64,000 bases of DNA, taken from contig CAZMIG010000003.1 in the NCBI GenBank assembly GCA_964566285.1, positions 28,654-92,653 on the forward strand. Reading direction: 5' to 3'. Numbering within the stretch: the stretch's first letter is position 1; each line of letters begins with the position of its first letter. Shown in pieces: positions 55,235 to 64,000 of this stretch. The translations under genes were made by a program, and so were the position numbers. The notes under the pieces were generated by a model. The model made no database searches. It worked only from the letters and a program-made list of their open reading frames with translations, and had not been told where the DNA came from. This DNA is from an uncultured Mariniplasma sp. Lineage in GTDB: Bacteria > Bacillota_I > Bacilli_A > Acholeplasmatales > Acholeplasmataceae.

Positions 55235-56519
55235 GCTTTTTTACCCCTTTTAATTGAAAGAATAGAACTTTAGATTCACCAAGGGTTTGATTGGTATAAT
55301 AGTTTTGAACCCAAAGTATATGGTCATCGTTATCCGTTAAAACCCAAAGTTTCTTGCGTTCTTCATTCGGAATTTTAAGGTCAATCAGCAACTTTTTGAG
55401 TTTTTTATGACCGTATTCAAATGCTAATAGATCACCATCTTCTCTATGTCTTATCCATAGTGGAAATGCTAATTTATTATAACATAATTTAGAGAATTCT
55501 TCAGTAATCGCATCAGAATTATGAAAAAATGTGAAAATAGCCATATTTAATAGGTTATTTTCGCCTTCTTGGAGCTTTATTCTAACAGGTTTTATCAGTG
55601 ATAAAGTCTTTATGTAAGCCTCATTGTAAGCTTTAACAAAAGAGTGATCTTTACTTAGTTTGAAAACTTGATTTGGCTTTTTAGAAAGCAGTAGTTTCTT
55701 AATTTTTTGAATAATATCATTAGAGAGTGTCAGGTGTTCTGATTCAATGAAATATGCAATGATATCGTCTTGTATCGCTTCATCATAAGATTTATACTGT
55801 TCAACATTGATAATCATATCGTCTTTAAAAAGAGATTTTGTTGTTTTTCTAATGAAATTAAAAGCATGAGTTACCTGTTGATTGTATTGTTTAATTTGAT
55901 CTAGAAGGTTCTCGTTTTCTTGTTTCATGATGGGGACAATTGCATGCCGATAACGATTACGCAAATAATAGTTTTCTTCATTAGAACTATCGTCAAGATA
56001 AGAAATATTGTTTTTAGTTGCGAATGAGATAATATCTTCTTTGGACGTATATAATAAAGGTTTTACATAAGTGTATTTGCCGTCTGAATGCATCAACTGC
56101 ATTCCAGCATAACCTAGCAGGTTGCTGCCTCTAGTAAGTTTAATTAGTATATTTTCAAATAGATCATCAAGATGATGAGCAGTTAGGATGTAAGATGTTT
56201 TGTAGAGATTTGCAACCTCAGATAGATAATAAATACGCATCTTATGCGCTTGATGATGAAAATTACCCGAGTTTACCGAAATTGTGTAGTAGTGGAATGG
56301 AATTTCATGGGTTTGACAATAATTTCTCACCAAATCTTTTTCAATAACCGATTCATCACGTTTGAGGTGATTGAAGTGAACAACAACGATGTTGTATGGA
56401 CCATTTGTGAGAATGGATAGTAAAACCATAGAATCACCACCACCACTCACTGATAAAATCAGTGTTGACTTGGGTTCTATCTTGAGTTCGTTTTTGATTA
56501 GTGGAATGATTCTGTTCAT
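55224..56519 (-). CDS. tilS: tRNA(Ile)-lysidine synthase
   Basis: 431 aa. PP-loop SGGGDS. Conserved synteny with hpt and ftsH. Confidence 0.9.
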   Translation of the reverse strand: MNRIIPLIKNELKIEPKSTLILSVSGGGDSMVLLSILTNGPYNIVVVHFNHLKRDESVIEKDLVRNYCQTHEIPFHYYTISVNSGNFHHQAHKMRIYYLSEVANLYKTSYILTAHHLDDLFENILIKLTRGSNLLGYAGMQLMHSDGKYTYVKPLLYTSKEDIISFATKNNISYLDDSSNEENYYLRNRYRHAIVPIMKQENENLLDQIKQYNQQVTHAFNFIRKTTKSLFKDDMIINVEQYKSYDEAIQDDIIAYFIESEHLTLSNDIIQKIKKLLLSKKPNQVFKLSKDHSFVKAYNEAYIKTLSLIKPVRIKLQEGENNLLNMAIFTFFHNSDAITEEFSKLCYNKLAFPLWIRHREDGDLLAFEYGHKKLKKLLIDLKIPNEERKKLWVLTDNDDHILWVQNYYTNQTLGESKVLFFQLKGVKKHAK

Positions 56520-56625
56520 TTTTTACTTCACCTCTACAAGACTATTATAACATGCGACATGTAAATAAATGGATAAATATCAACATAGATGTGTTATAAT
56601 ATTTTACAATAAAGGGGGTTGAACA

Positions 56626-57177
56626 ATGCTCATATTAGCGAGTAATTCACCCAGAAGAGCTAAACTGCTGAAAGATGCAGGTCTGGATTTCATTATCGAG
56701 GCCAGTGATTTGGAAGAAAATGTTGATGAAAAGCTAAAACCACAAGACATGGTAATAGAATTAGCCAAAATGAAAGCTGTGCATGTTGCAGCATTACATC
56801 CAAATGACGTAGTGATTGGTGCAGATACAATTGTTGTCTATGGAAATGAAATTTTAGGTAAGCCCAAAGATGAAGATGATGCATATCGCATGTTAAAAAT
56901 GTTATCTGGGGAAAGACATACAGTATATACCGGTGTTGCGTTAGCTAAAGGTGAAAAAATGCATGCCTTTGTTTCTGCAACTGAAGTTTGGTTTAAATCA
57001 ATCAGTGATATAGAAATCAGAAATTACATAAAAACGGGTGAACCAATGGACAAAGCTGGATCTTATGGTATTCAAGGTGATGGAGGAAGTTTGGTTGATT
57101 GTTATAAAGGCGACTTTTTTACAATCATCGGATTACCTTTAAAAGATTTATTAGAGGCGTTAAAGGATTTTAATTAA
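56626..57177 (+). CDS. maf: Maf-like nucleoside triphosphate pyrophosphatase
   Basis: 183 aa. Motifs LASNSPRR, GADT, AGSYGIQG. Confidence 0.9.
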   Translation: MLILASNSPRRAKLLKDAGLDFIIEASDLEENVDEKLKPQDMVIELAKMKAVHVAALHPNDVVIGADTIVVYGNEILGKPKDEDDAYRMLKMLSGERHTVYTGVALAKGEKMHAFVSATEVWFKSISDIEIRNYIKTGEPMDKAGSYGIQGDGGSLVDCYKGDFFTIIGLPLKDLLEALKDFN

Positions 57178-57306
57178 TTACAACAAAGATTGTTTCTAAA
57201 CTAAGAAACAGTCTTTTTTTGTTATATTAGTTGTTTAAATAGTCATAAGTATTTAAACATTTTGTTATATAATAAGAATAAATCAAACGTTTATATAGGA
57301 GAAATT

Positions 57307-58917
57307 ATGAAACAAACAGAACTATGGAAAAATGGTATTGTTTATCAAATCTATCCAAGAAGTTTCATGGACAGTAATAATGATGGAATTGGAGATATAC
57401 AGGGAATTATCTCCAAATTAGATTATCTCAAAAACTTAGGAGTAGATATTATTTGGCTATCCCCGGTTTATTGTTCTCCGAATGATGATAATGGATACGA
57501 TATTAGCGACTATATGAATATTAATCCTGAATATGGCACGATGAAAGATATGGATGAACTTATTGAGAAAGCAAAAGAAAAAGGTTTGCGGATCTTAATG
57601 GATTTAGTAATCAATCACACATCAGATGAACATGCATGGTTTAAAGAAAGTATAAATCCTGAAAGTCAATATCGCGATTATTATATTTGGAGAGACAGAC
57701 CAAACAATTGGACGGGCTTTTTTAGTGGAACTACTTGGGAGAAAGTAGGAGATAGTTACTATCTTCATTTGTTCAGTAGGAAACAACCAGATCTCAATTG
57801 GAAGAATCCCAAAGTAATGGAAGAAATTAAAAAAGTAATGCATTACTGGTTACAAAAAGGTATTTATGGATTTAGATGTGATGTGATTAATATCATCTAT
57901 AAAACATCGTTAGATAACGGAAAGAAAAAATTTGTTTTAACAGGCAAGGAACATTATCATTCACAAGAAGGATGTCATCAAATATTAAAGACGTTGAGAA
58001 AAGAAGTCTTAGATAAGTATGACGCTTTTACTGTTGGCGAAACAGTGATGGTAACAACCAAGCAAGCTAATGATTTAATACTTCCAGAGAGAAAAGAATT
58101 GAATATGGTTTTTGCTTTTGAGCATATGGAAGTAGATCAAATTAACAATAAATGGTTTAAAACAAAATTCAAACCAAATAAATGGATGAAAGTAATTTCA
58201 AAGTGGCAGCAAGAAGCATATTGGAATGCGAACTATTTAGAAAATCACGATCAGCCAAGATCAGTTTCGAGATTTGGTGATGACCAAACGTATCGTATTG
58301 AAAGTGCAAAAATGTTAGCAACCTTAAATCTGACATTAAAAGGAACACCATATATTTTTGAAGGTGAAGAAATAGGAATGACCAATGGTGATTTCACATC
58401 AATTGATGAACTCAAAGATATAGAATCACATCGCATCAATGCATTAGCAAAAAAGCTATTGTTTCCTAAAAAAACCAGATTTAAAATGATCATGAAAACA
58501 GCGCGAGATAATGCACGAACACCCATGCAGTGGAATAAGAAAGGCGGGTTCACAAAAGCGACGCCTTGGTTGAAAATTAATTCAAATACGAAGACAATAA
58601 ATGTCGAAGAAAGTTTAAATAATCCACATTCAATTTACAAGCATTATCAAAAACTAATTGAAATTAGGAAAAATAATAAAACACTTATAAATGGCTTATT
58701 TAAGCCATTATACACAAATAAAAATATTTTCATTTTTTCAAGAGATACAGAAGATGAATCATTTATTACAGTTTCAAATATGAGCAATAAAACAAAAAGT
58801 GTACCAATTAACTTAAAAGGAGAAATTATTTTATCCAATTATAATAGAACACAATTAGATGACCAGAAATTAAAACCTTATGAGTCTATTTTGATTCGAA
58901 AGAAGGTAATCCAATGA
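57307..58917 (+). CDS. GH13 alpha-glucosidase (oligo-1,6-glucosidase-like)
   Basis: 536 aa from ATG 57307. Motifs DLVINHTSDEH, GFRCDVINII, GETV, YLENHDQPR. Confidence 0.88.
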   Translation: MKQTELWKNGIVYQIYPRSFMDSNNDGIGDIQGIISKLDYLKNLGVDIIWLSPVYCSPNDDNGYDISDYMNINPEYGTMKDMDELIEKAKEKGLRILMDLVINHTSDEHAWFKESINPESQYRDYYIWRDRPNNWTGFFSGTTWEKVGDSYYLHLFSRKQPDLNWKNPKVMEEIKKVMHYWLQKGIYGFRCDVINIIYKTSLDNGKKKFVLTGKEHYHSQEGCHQILKTLRKEVLDKYDAFTVGETVMVTTKQANDLILPERKELNMVFAFEHMEVDQINNKWFKTKFKPNKWMKVISKWQQEAYWNANYLENHDQPRSVSRFGDDQTYRIESAKMLATLNLTLKGTPYIFEGEEIGMTNGDFTSIDELKDIESHRINALAKKLLFPKKTRFKMIMKTARDNARTPMQWNKKGGFTKATPWLKINSNTKTINVEESLNNPHSIYKHYQKLIEIRKNNKTLINGLFKPLYTNKNIFIFSRDTEDESFITVSNMSNKTKSVPINLKGEIILSNYNRTQLDDQKLKPYESILIRKKVIQ

Positions 58918-61256
58918 TTACATTTAACAAACCATATTTTAAACTAGAAACTAAAGATCTTAATTACATTTTCGAAGTGCTAAATACGGGTCAAATTGAA
59001 CATTTGTATTTAGGTAAAAAGCTTGTTGATACAAACTACGATGCACTTAAAACAAAACTTAATGCTAGTGCTGGGTCCACGATAGACTGTGTAGCCGGTG
59101 ATGATAAAACTTCATTAGATCTTTTAACTTTAGAATACTCAGGTATCGGTAAAGGTGATTATAGATTAACGCCACTAGAGATGAAAATGCCAGATGGAAG
59201 TTATGTCACAGACTTCGTATACGATTCATATGAAATCAAAGATGGAATCATAGAAAGTAATAAACTTCCTCAAGCTAAAAGTAATGATAAAAAAGTAAAA
59301 AGCTTGGTGATTAAGATGAAAGATAGAAAGTTCAATATTGAACTAGATTTAATCTATACCGTCTTTTTCGATTCAAATGTATTTACTAGAAAAGTTATCA
59401 TCCATAACAATGAAAAACAAGAATTAAATATTAGAAAAATCATGAGTATGATGATTGATTTATCAGAATCAGATTATAATTTGATAACCTTTGATGGGGG
59501 TTGGATTAAAGAGACTCACAAGCATATAAGACCTTTAACATATGGAACCTATATGATTGATTCTACAACTGGAAACAGTAGCAATAGACATAATCCAGGG
59601 ATTATTTTAGCAAAGAAAACAACCCATGAAGACTATGGTGTTTGTATAGGAATTAATCTCATTTATAGTGGCAATCACTATGAAGCCGTCCAAATATCAA
59701 ATCATGGATTGTTGCGTGTAATGACAGGAATTAATCCTCATTGTTTTGAATGGCCACTTAAAAAAGGCGAGTACTTTGAAACTCCCGAAGCTGTCTTAAC
59801 GTATTCAGATCAAGGACTGAATACGTTAAGTCAATCATTTCATGAATTTATTAATTATCATATAACGCCTAAGCAATTTCAAGAAACAGAGAGATTAATC
59901 GCACTCAATAGTTGGGAAGCGTTCTTTTTCAAATATAACCACAAGAAACTTAAAGGACTAGCACATCAAGCGAGTCATCTCGGGATTGAACTTTTTGTAT
60001 TAGATGATGGTTGGTTTGGGACAAGAAATGACGACACTCAAAGTCTTGGAGACTATGATGTAAATTATAAGAAACTTCCAAAAGGTTTGACTGGAATTGC
60101 TGACTATGTTCATAAATTAGGTATGAAATTTGGGCTTTGGTTTGAACCTGAAATGGTGAATCCTGAAAGTAAATTATTTAGGTCTCATCCTGAATATGCA
60201 ATCCAAATAGAAGGAAGAACACCATCTATAGGTAGAAATCAACTAGTTTTAGACTTGTGTAATGATAAAGTCAGAGCGTATATAGTCGAACAAATATCTG
60301 AAATATTGGAAAATACTCAAATTGATTATATAAAATGGGATATGAATCGACATATAACTGATATGTATTCATCTCATGTTGAAAATCAAGGAATGTTTTT
60401 TCATACCTATATCCTTGGACTTTATGATATTTTAAGTCAAATAACAACAAAGTATCCACATGTAATCATTGAATCCTGCTCAAGTGGTGGAAATAGATAT
60501 GATTTGGGAATGTTGACATATAGTCCACAAATTTGGGCTTCTGATAACACCGATCCTATTGAAAGATTAAATATTCAACAAGGATTAAGCTATCTATATC
60601 CCCAGTCAACAATAAGTGCACATGTTTCAATGGCTCCACATACACAAACACTAAGAAAAACACCGTTATCAACGAGATTCAATGTTGCAAGTTTTGGTAT
60701 TTTGGGATACGAACTTGATTTGAAGTTTGTTACACCTGTCGAAAAAAAGGAAATTAAGAAACAGATTGAGCTATATAAAGCATATCGACATGTGTTTCAG
60801 TATGGGAAGTTCTACCGATTTAATTCAACAGATCCGAACTATCAAAAATGGCAAGTGAGCCATGATGATATACACATTTTAGGCAATTATCAATCTTTAT
60901 CACATTCAAGTCCTGATTTTGATGTTATACATATGAAGGAATTAGATGAAAATACAAAATATCAGATTCATTCTGTGCAACAGACAATGTCTATTAGCAG
61001 ATTTGGACACTTGATTAGTTACGCTTTACCGATAAAGTTAAATGTTGATGGTATCTTGATGAAATTCATTTCAAGGCATAGACAGCTTGGTAATGGAACT
61101 GAGTCCTATGAAGCAAGCGGAAGACTACTGAATGCTGGATTTAAACCTAAACAGCAGTTCATGGGAACGGGGTATAGTGATCAAATTAGGTTATTAGGTG
61201 ATTATGGGTCACAAATATATATTGCAGAAAAAGAGAAAAAAGAGGTGTTATCATGA
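58914..61256 (+). CDS. GH36 alpha-galactosidase
   Basis: 780 aa. Motifs FVLDDGWF, IDYIKWDMNR, ESCSSGGNRYD. ATGA overlap with the GH13 gene. Confidence 0.85.
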   Translation: MITFNKPYFKLETKDLNYIFEVLNTGQIEHLYLGKKLVDTNYDALKTKLNASAGSTIDCVAGDDKTSLDLLTLEYSGIGKGDYRLTPLEMKMPDGSYVTDFVYDSYEIKDGIIESNKLPQAKSNDKKVKSLVIKMKDRKFNIELDLIYTVFFDSNVFTRKVIIHNNEKQELNIRKIMSMMIDLSESDYNLITFDGGWIKETHKHIRPLTYGTYMIDSTTGNSSNRHNPGIILAKKTTHEDYGVCIGINLIYSGNHYEAVQISNHGLLRVMTGINPHCFEWPLKKGEYFETPEAVLTYSDQGLNTLSQSFHEFINYHITPKQFQETERLIALNSWEAFFFKYNHKKLKGLAHQASHLGIELFVLDDGWFGTRNDDTQSLGDYDVNYKKLPKGLTGIADYVHKLGMKFGLWFEPEMVNPESKLFRSHPEYAIQIEGRTPSIGRNQLVLDLCNDKVRAYIVEQISEILENTQIDYIKWDMNRHITDMYSSHVENQGMFFHTYILGLYDILSQITTKYPHVIIESCSSGGNRYDLGMLTYSPQIWASDNTDPIERLNIQQGLSYLYPQSTISAHVSMAPHTQTLRKTPLSTRFNVASFGILGYELDLKFVTPVEKKEIKKQIELYKAYRHVFQYGKFYRFNSTDPNYQKWQVSHDDIHILGNYQSLSHSSPDFDVIHMKELDENTKYQIHSVQQTMSISRFGHLISYALPIKLNVDGILMKFISRHRQLGNGTESYEASGRLLNAGFKPKQQFMGTGYSDQIRLLGDYGSQIYIAEKEKKEVLS

Positions 61257-63604
61257 GAGAAATAACTCCAATCAATTTTAATTGGTACTTTGCTCATTAT
61301 GAAGAGAATCATCAGGATAAAAGAGATATTGAGAGTTTTGAGAAGATAAATCTTCCTCATAGTGCAGTTGAGATACCTTATAATCATTTTAATGAAAAAA
61401 TGCTTGAAACAACTTCGAGCTATGTTTATTTTCTCGAAGCTAAAAACAAATGGAAAGATAAGCTCTTAAAACTTCAGTTTGAAGGTGTTGCTCATCAAGC
61501 AAGGGTTTATGTCAATAATCAGTATGTTGCTGACCACAGAGGAGGATATACCTCTTTTGAAATTGATATAACTGATAAAGTGATCTTTGGTGAAAAAAAT
61601 GAAATATGGGTTGTGGTTGATAGTAAAGAAGATTCCACAATTCCTCCTTTTGGTGGTGTTGTTGATTTTTTAGGATATAGCGGGATATATCGCGAAGTAT
61701 CTTTAATTGTTGTTGAAAAGCAATATATTAAATATGCCTTTATTAAAACTGATGGAAGCAAACGGATTCAATGTGAAATTGGTCTTTCTCACGGTAATGG
61801 AGAAGTAGAGGTTACAATCTTAAAAGCGAATGAAAAGATTGTATCAATGAAAAGTGCAAAAGTAATGGATCAGTCTGTAAATATCGGTATCAATATTGAA
61901 AGACCCGTCTTATGGGATTTAGAAACGCATTATTTATATGATGCGGTAATTACCTATAGTATTAACGATCAAGTTGTTGATGAAATCACTGAAAGATTTG
62001 GTATACGAAGTGCTGAATTTAAAGAAGATGGTTTTTACTTGAATGGTGAAAAGATTAAATTATTAGGATTGAATCGCCATCAGAGTTATCCATATGTTGG
62101 CTATGCAATGCCAAAAAGTGCACAGTATGAAGATGCTGAGATTCTTAAGTATCAACTAGGACTGAATCTTGTAAGAACTTCCCATTATCCACAATCAAAG
62201 CATTTTTTAAATAGATGTGATGAAATTGGGTTATTAGTTTTTGAAGAAATTCCTGGTTGGCAACATATAGGTAATGAACAATGGCAAGAATTAAGTTGTC
62301 AAAATCTAAGTGAAATGATTTTAAGAGATCGAAATCACCCATCGATTATTTTATGGGGTGTTCGTATCAATGAATCACCTGATCATCATGATTTTTATTT
62401 CAAAACTAATAATATAGCTAGGGCATTAGATGAAACAAGACAAACAGCTGGAGTTAGAAATATACAAGATAGTGAATTTTTAGAAGACGTTTATACCTAT
62501 AACGATTTTTCTCATCGAGGTTTCAATAAAGGGTTAGAAAAGAAGAGTAAAATCACCAAGAAAGTGCCCTATCTTGTTTCTGAGTATAATGGACACATGT
62601 TTCCAACGAAAAGATATGATGACGAGACACATCGTCTAGAACATGCGTTAAGACATTTGAATGTTATTAATGAAATGATGGATCCAAATAATCAGATCAG
62701 TGGATCAATTGGATGGTGTATGGCAGATTATAATACGCACCAAGAGTTTGGAAGTGGAGACCGTGTTTGTTATCATGGAATTTTAGACATGTTCAGAATT
62801 CCTAAATTAGCGAGTTATGTCTATTCATCACAAAATGAACAAAAGCCAGTTTTAGAAGTATCATCTATGATGAATATTGGAGATCACCCAGCAGGTGAAC
62901 TCTCTTCTATTCATGTATTGACTAATATGGATCACATTAAACTATACAAAAATGACCAATATGTCGGAACCTTTTATCCAAATGAAGATAAATATCCTAA
63001 TTTAAAGCATCCACCAGTGATAATTGATGATTTTATTGGTGAAACTTTAAAAGAAAATGAAAAGATGAGTCATAAAGATGCTGAATTAACTAAAAAGATT
63101 TTAAAAGCTGTTGGTAAATATGGCAATCATTTACCACTGAGATATAAACTACGTATTTTGTATTTACTAAAAAAATATAAAATGACTTATGATCAGGGTG
63201 TGATGATGTTTTACAGATATATCGGTGGCTGGGGATCTCAAAAAATGAGTTACCGGTTTGAAGGTTATCAAAATCAACAATTGATGAAAACTAAATATAA
63301 AGAAAATAATGAAATGTTTGAATATGTTTTAGATATAAAAAAGAGAGAATTAAAGATTGAAGATACTTATGATGTAGCTCGATGTACAATTTCCAAAGTA
63401 AATCAAGCTGAGGAATTGGTTCATTATAGTTTTGATCCTGTAGAGATTTCGGTTACAGGAGCTCTAGAACTCATTGGTCCAAATCTTATCAGTTTACAAG
63501 GTGGAGTTGTTGGATTTTGGGTGAAAACAAAATCAAGAGGAAAAGGAAAAATTGAAGTTGTAGTTAATGGTCAAACAATCACTAAGGGAGTCGTTGTATC
63601 ATGA
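61253..63604 (+). CDS. GH2 family glycoside hydrolase (beta-galactosidase/beta-glucuronidase-like)
   Basis: 783 aa. Motifs NLVRTSHYP, NHPSIILWGVRINES, and a sugar-binding N-terminus. Confidence 0.8.
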   Translation: MREITPINFNWYFAHYEENHQDKRDIESFEKINLPHSAVEIPYNHFNEKMLETTSSYVYFLEAKNKWKDKLLKLQFEGVAHQARVYVNNQYVADHRGGYTSFEIDITDKVIFGEKNEIWVVVDSKEDSTIPPFGGVVDFLGYSGIYREVSLIVVEKQYIKYAFIKTDGSKRIQCEIGLSHGNGEVEVTILKANEKIVSMKSAKVMDQSVNIGINIERPVLWDLETHYLYDAVITYSINDQVVDEITERFGIRSAEFKEDGFYLNGEKIKLLGLNRHQSYPYVGYAMPKSAQYEDAEILKYQLGLNLVRTSHYPQSKHFLNRCDEIGLLVFEEIPGWQHIGNEQWQELSCQNLSEMILRDRNHPSIILWGVRINESPDHHDFYFKTNNIARALDETRQTAGVRNIQDSEFLEDVYTYNDFSHRGFNKGLEKKSKITKKVPYLVSEYNGHMFPTKRYDDETHRLEHALRHLNVINEMMDPNNQISGSIGWCMADYNTHQEFGSGDRVCYHGILDMFRIPKLASYVYSSQNEQKPVLEVSSMMNIGDHPAGELSSIHVLTNMDHIKLYKNDQYVGTFYPNEDKYPNLKHPPVIIDDFIGETLKENEKMSHKDAELTKKILKAVGKYGNHLPLRYKLRILYLLKKYKMTYDQGVMMFYRYIGGWGSQKMSYRFEGYQNQQLMKTKYKENNEMFEYVLDIKKRELKIEDTYDVARCTISKVNQAEELVHYSFDPVEISVTGALELIGPNLISLQGGVVGFWVKTKSRGKGKIEVVVNGQTITKGVVVS

Positions 63605-64000
63605 AATTAACTTTTGAGGATAAAGTGGCACTTTTAGATGGAAGCGATGTTTGGCATACGAAAGTCTTTGAAGGATTACCATCAATAATGATTACAGATG
63701 GTCCCCATGGACTGAGAAAGCAAATTGAATCCAATGATACAATAGGGATTTCAGGAAGCGTAGAAGCTACCGCTTTTCCTACTGCAAGTTTGACTGCTTG
63801 TAGTTTTGATCGTGAGTTAATAGCAACAATGGCTGAACTAATTGCTATTGAAGCCAAAGCGAATGAAGTTAACATGGTTCTAGGACCAGGTATCAATATG
63901 AAAAGAAGTCCGCTTTGTGGAAGAAATTTTGAATATCTTTCTGAAGACCCATTTTTAGCAGGAGAGTTAGCTGCTGCTTATGTGAAAGCTATGGAAGATC
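63601..64000 (+). CDS. GH3 beta-glucosidase, N-terminal fragment (continues beyond the right edge)
   Basis: My translation from ATG 63601: MKLTFEDKVALLDGSDVWHTK...GPGINMKRSPLCGRNFEYLSEDPFLAGELAAAYVKAMED. This is the typical GH3 N-terminal domain signature. ATGA overlap with the GH2 stop. Confidence 0.8.
   Translation, partial: MKLTFEDKVALLDGSDVWHTKVFEGLPSIMITDGPHGLRKQIESNDTIGISGSVEATAFPTASLTACSFDRELIATMAELIAIEAKANEVNMVLGPGINMKRSPLCGRNFEYLSEDPFLAGELAAAYVKAMED

Noticed and set aside
57281-57296. cre site upstream of the GH13 gene
   Set aside because: Only the 8-bp core AAACGTTT is palindromic and the flanks do not fit the cre consensus. I mention it in the finding as a possible half-operator but do not call it as a feature.

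Overview
This window is the replication-origin region of a low-GC chromosome that uses the standard code (TGA is stop, TGG is Trp). It looks like a Firmicutes/Mollicutes genome. The many Cys-lipobox surface proteins and a lipoprotein YidC resemble Acholeplasma-type organisms, but that taxon call is only a guess. On the minus strand the core genes are gyrA-gyrB-recF-yaaA-dnaN-dnaA, with DnaA-box clusters on both sides of dnaA. rpmH-rnpA-yidC-jag diverge on the plus strand. Other housekeeping blocks are rmuC, a T-box-controlled asnS, nrnA x2-ttcA-mgtC-mnmE, dnaX-ybaB-recR, rpoE, fba, tilS-hpt-ftsH-S4-lysS and maf. A GH13-GH36-GH2-GH3 glycosidase cluster runs off the right end. I saw no rRNA, tRNA, CRISPR, transposase or phage genes. 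The most interesting part is an accessory block at about 16.2-34.3 kb, between jag and mnmE. It holds a CUT1-type ABC importer whose lipoprotein binding protein carries four Ig-like repeats and is translationally coupled to a staphylococcal-nuclease (SNase) lipoprotein. Next comes a 1716-aa lipoprotein with OB-like modules and two lamin-tail domains but no catalytic domain. A second lamin-tail + SNase lipoprotein follows, then a coupled membrane protein and two NrnA-like phosphoesterases. I interpret this block as a candidate system for capturing, digesting and importing extracellular DNA. This is a hypothesis, not a demonstrated function. A second notable locus (43.0-50.9 kb) pairs a MacB/FtsX-type ABC system with a 1494-aa very acidic lipoprotein containing three 717-nt tandem repeats. 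All family assignments come from reading motifs by eye; no searches were run.
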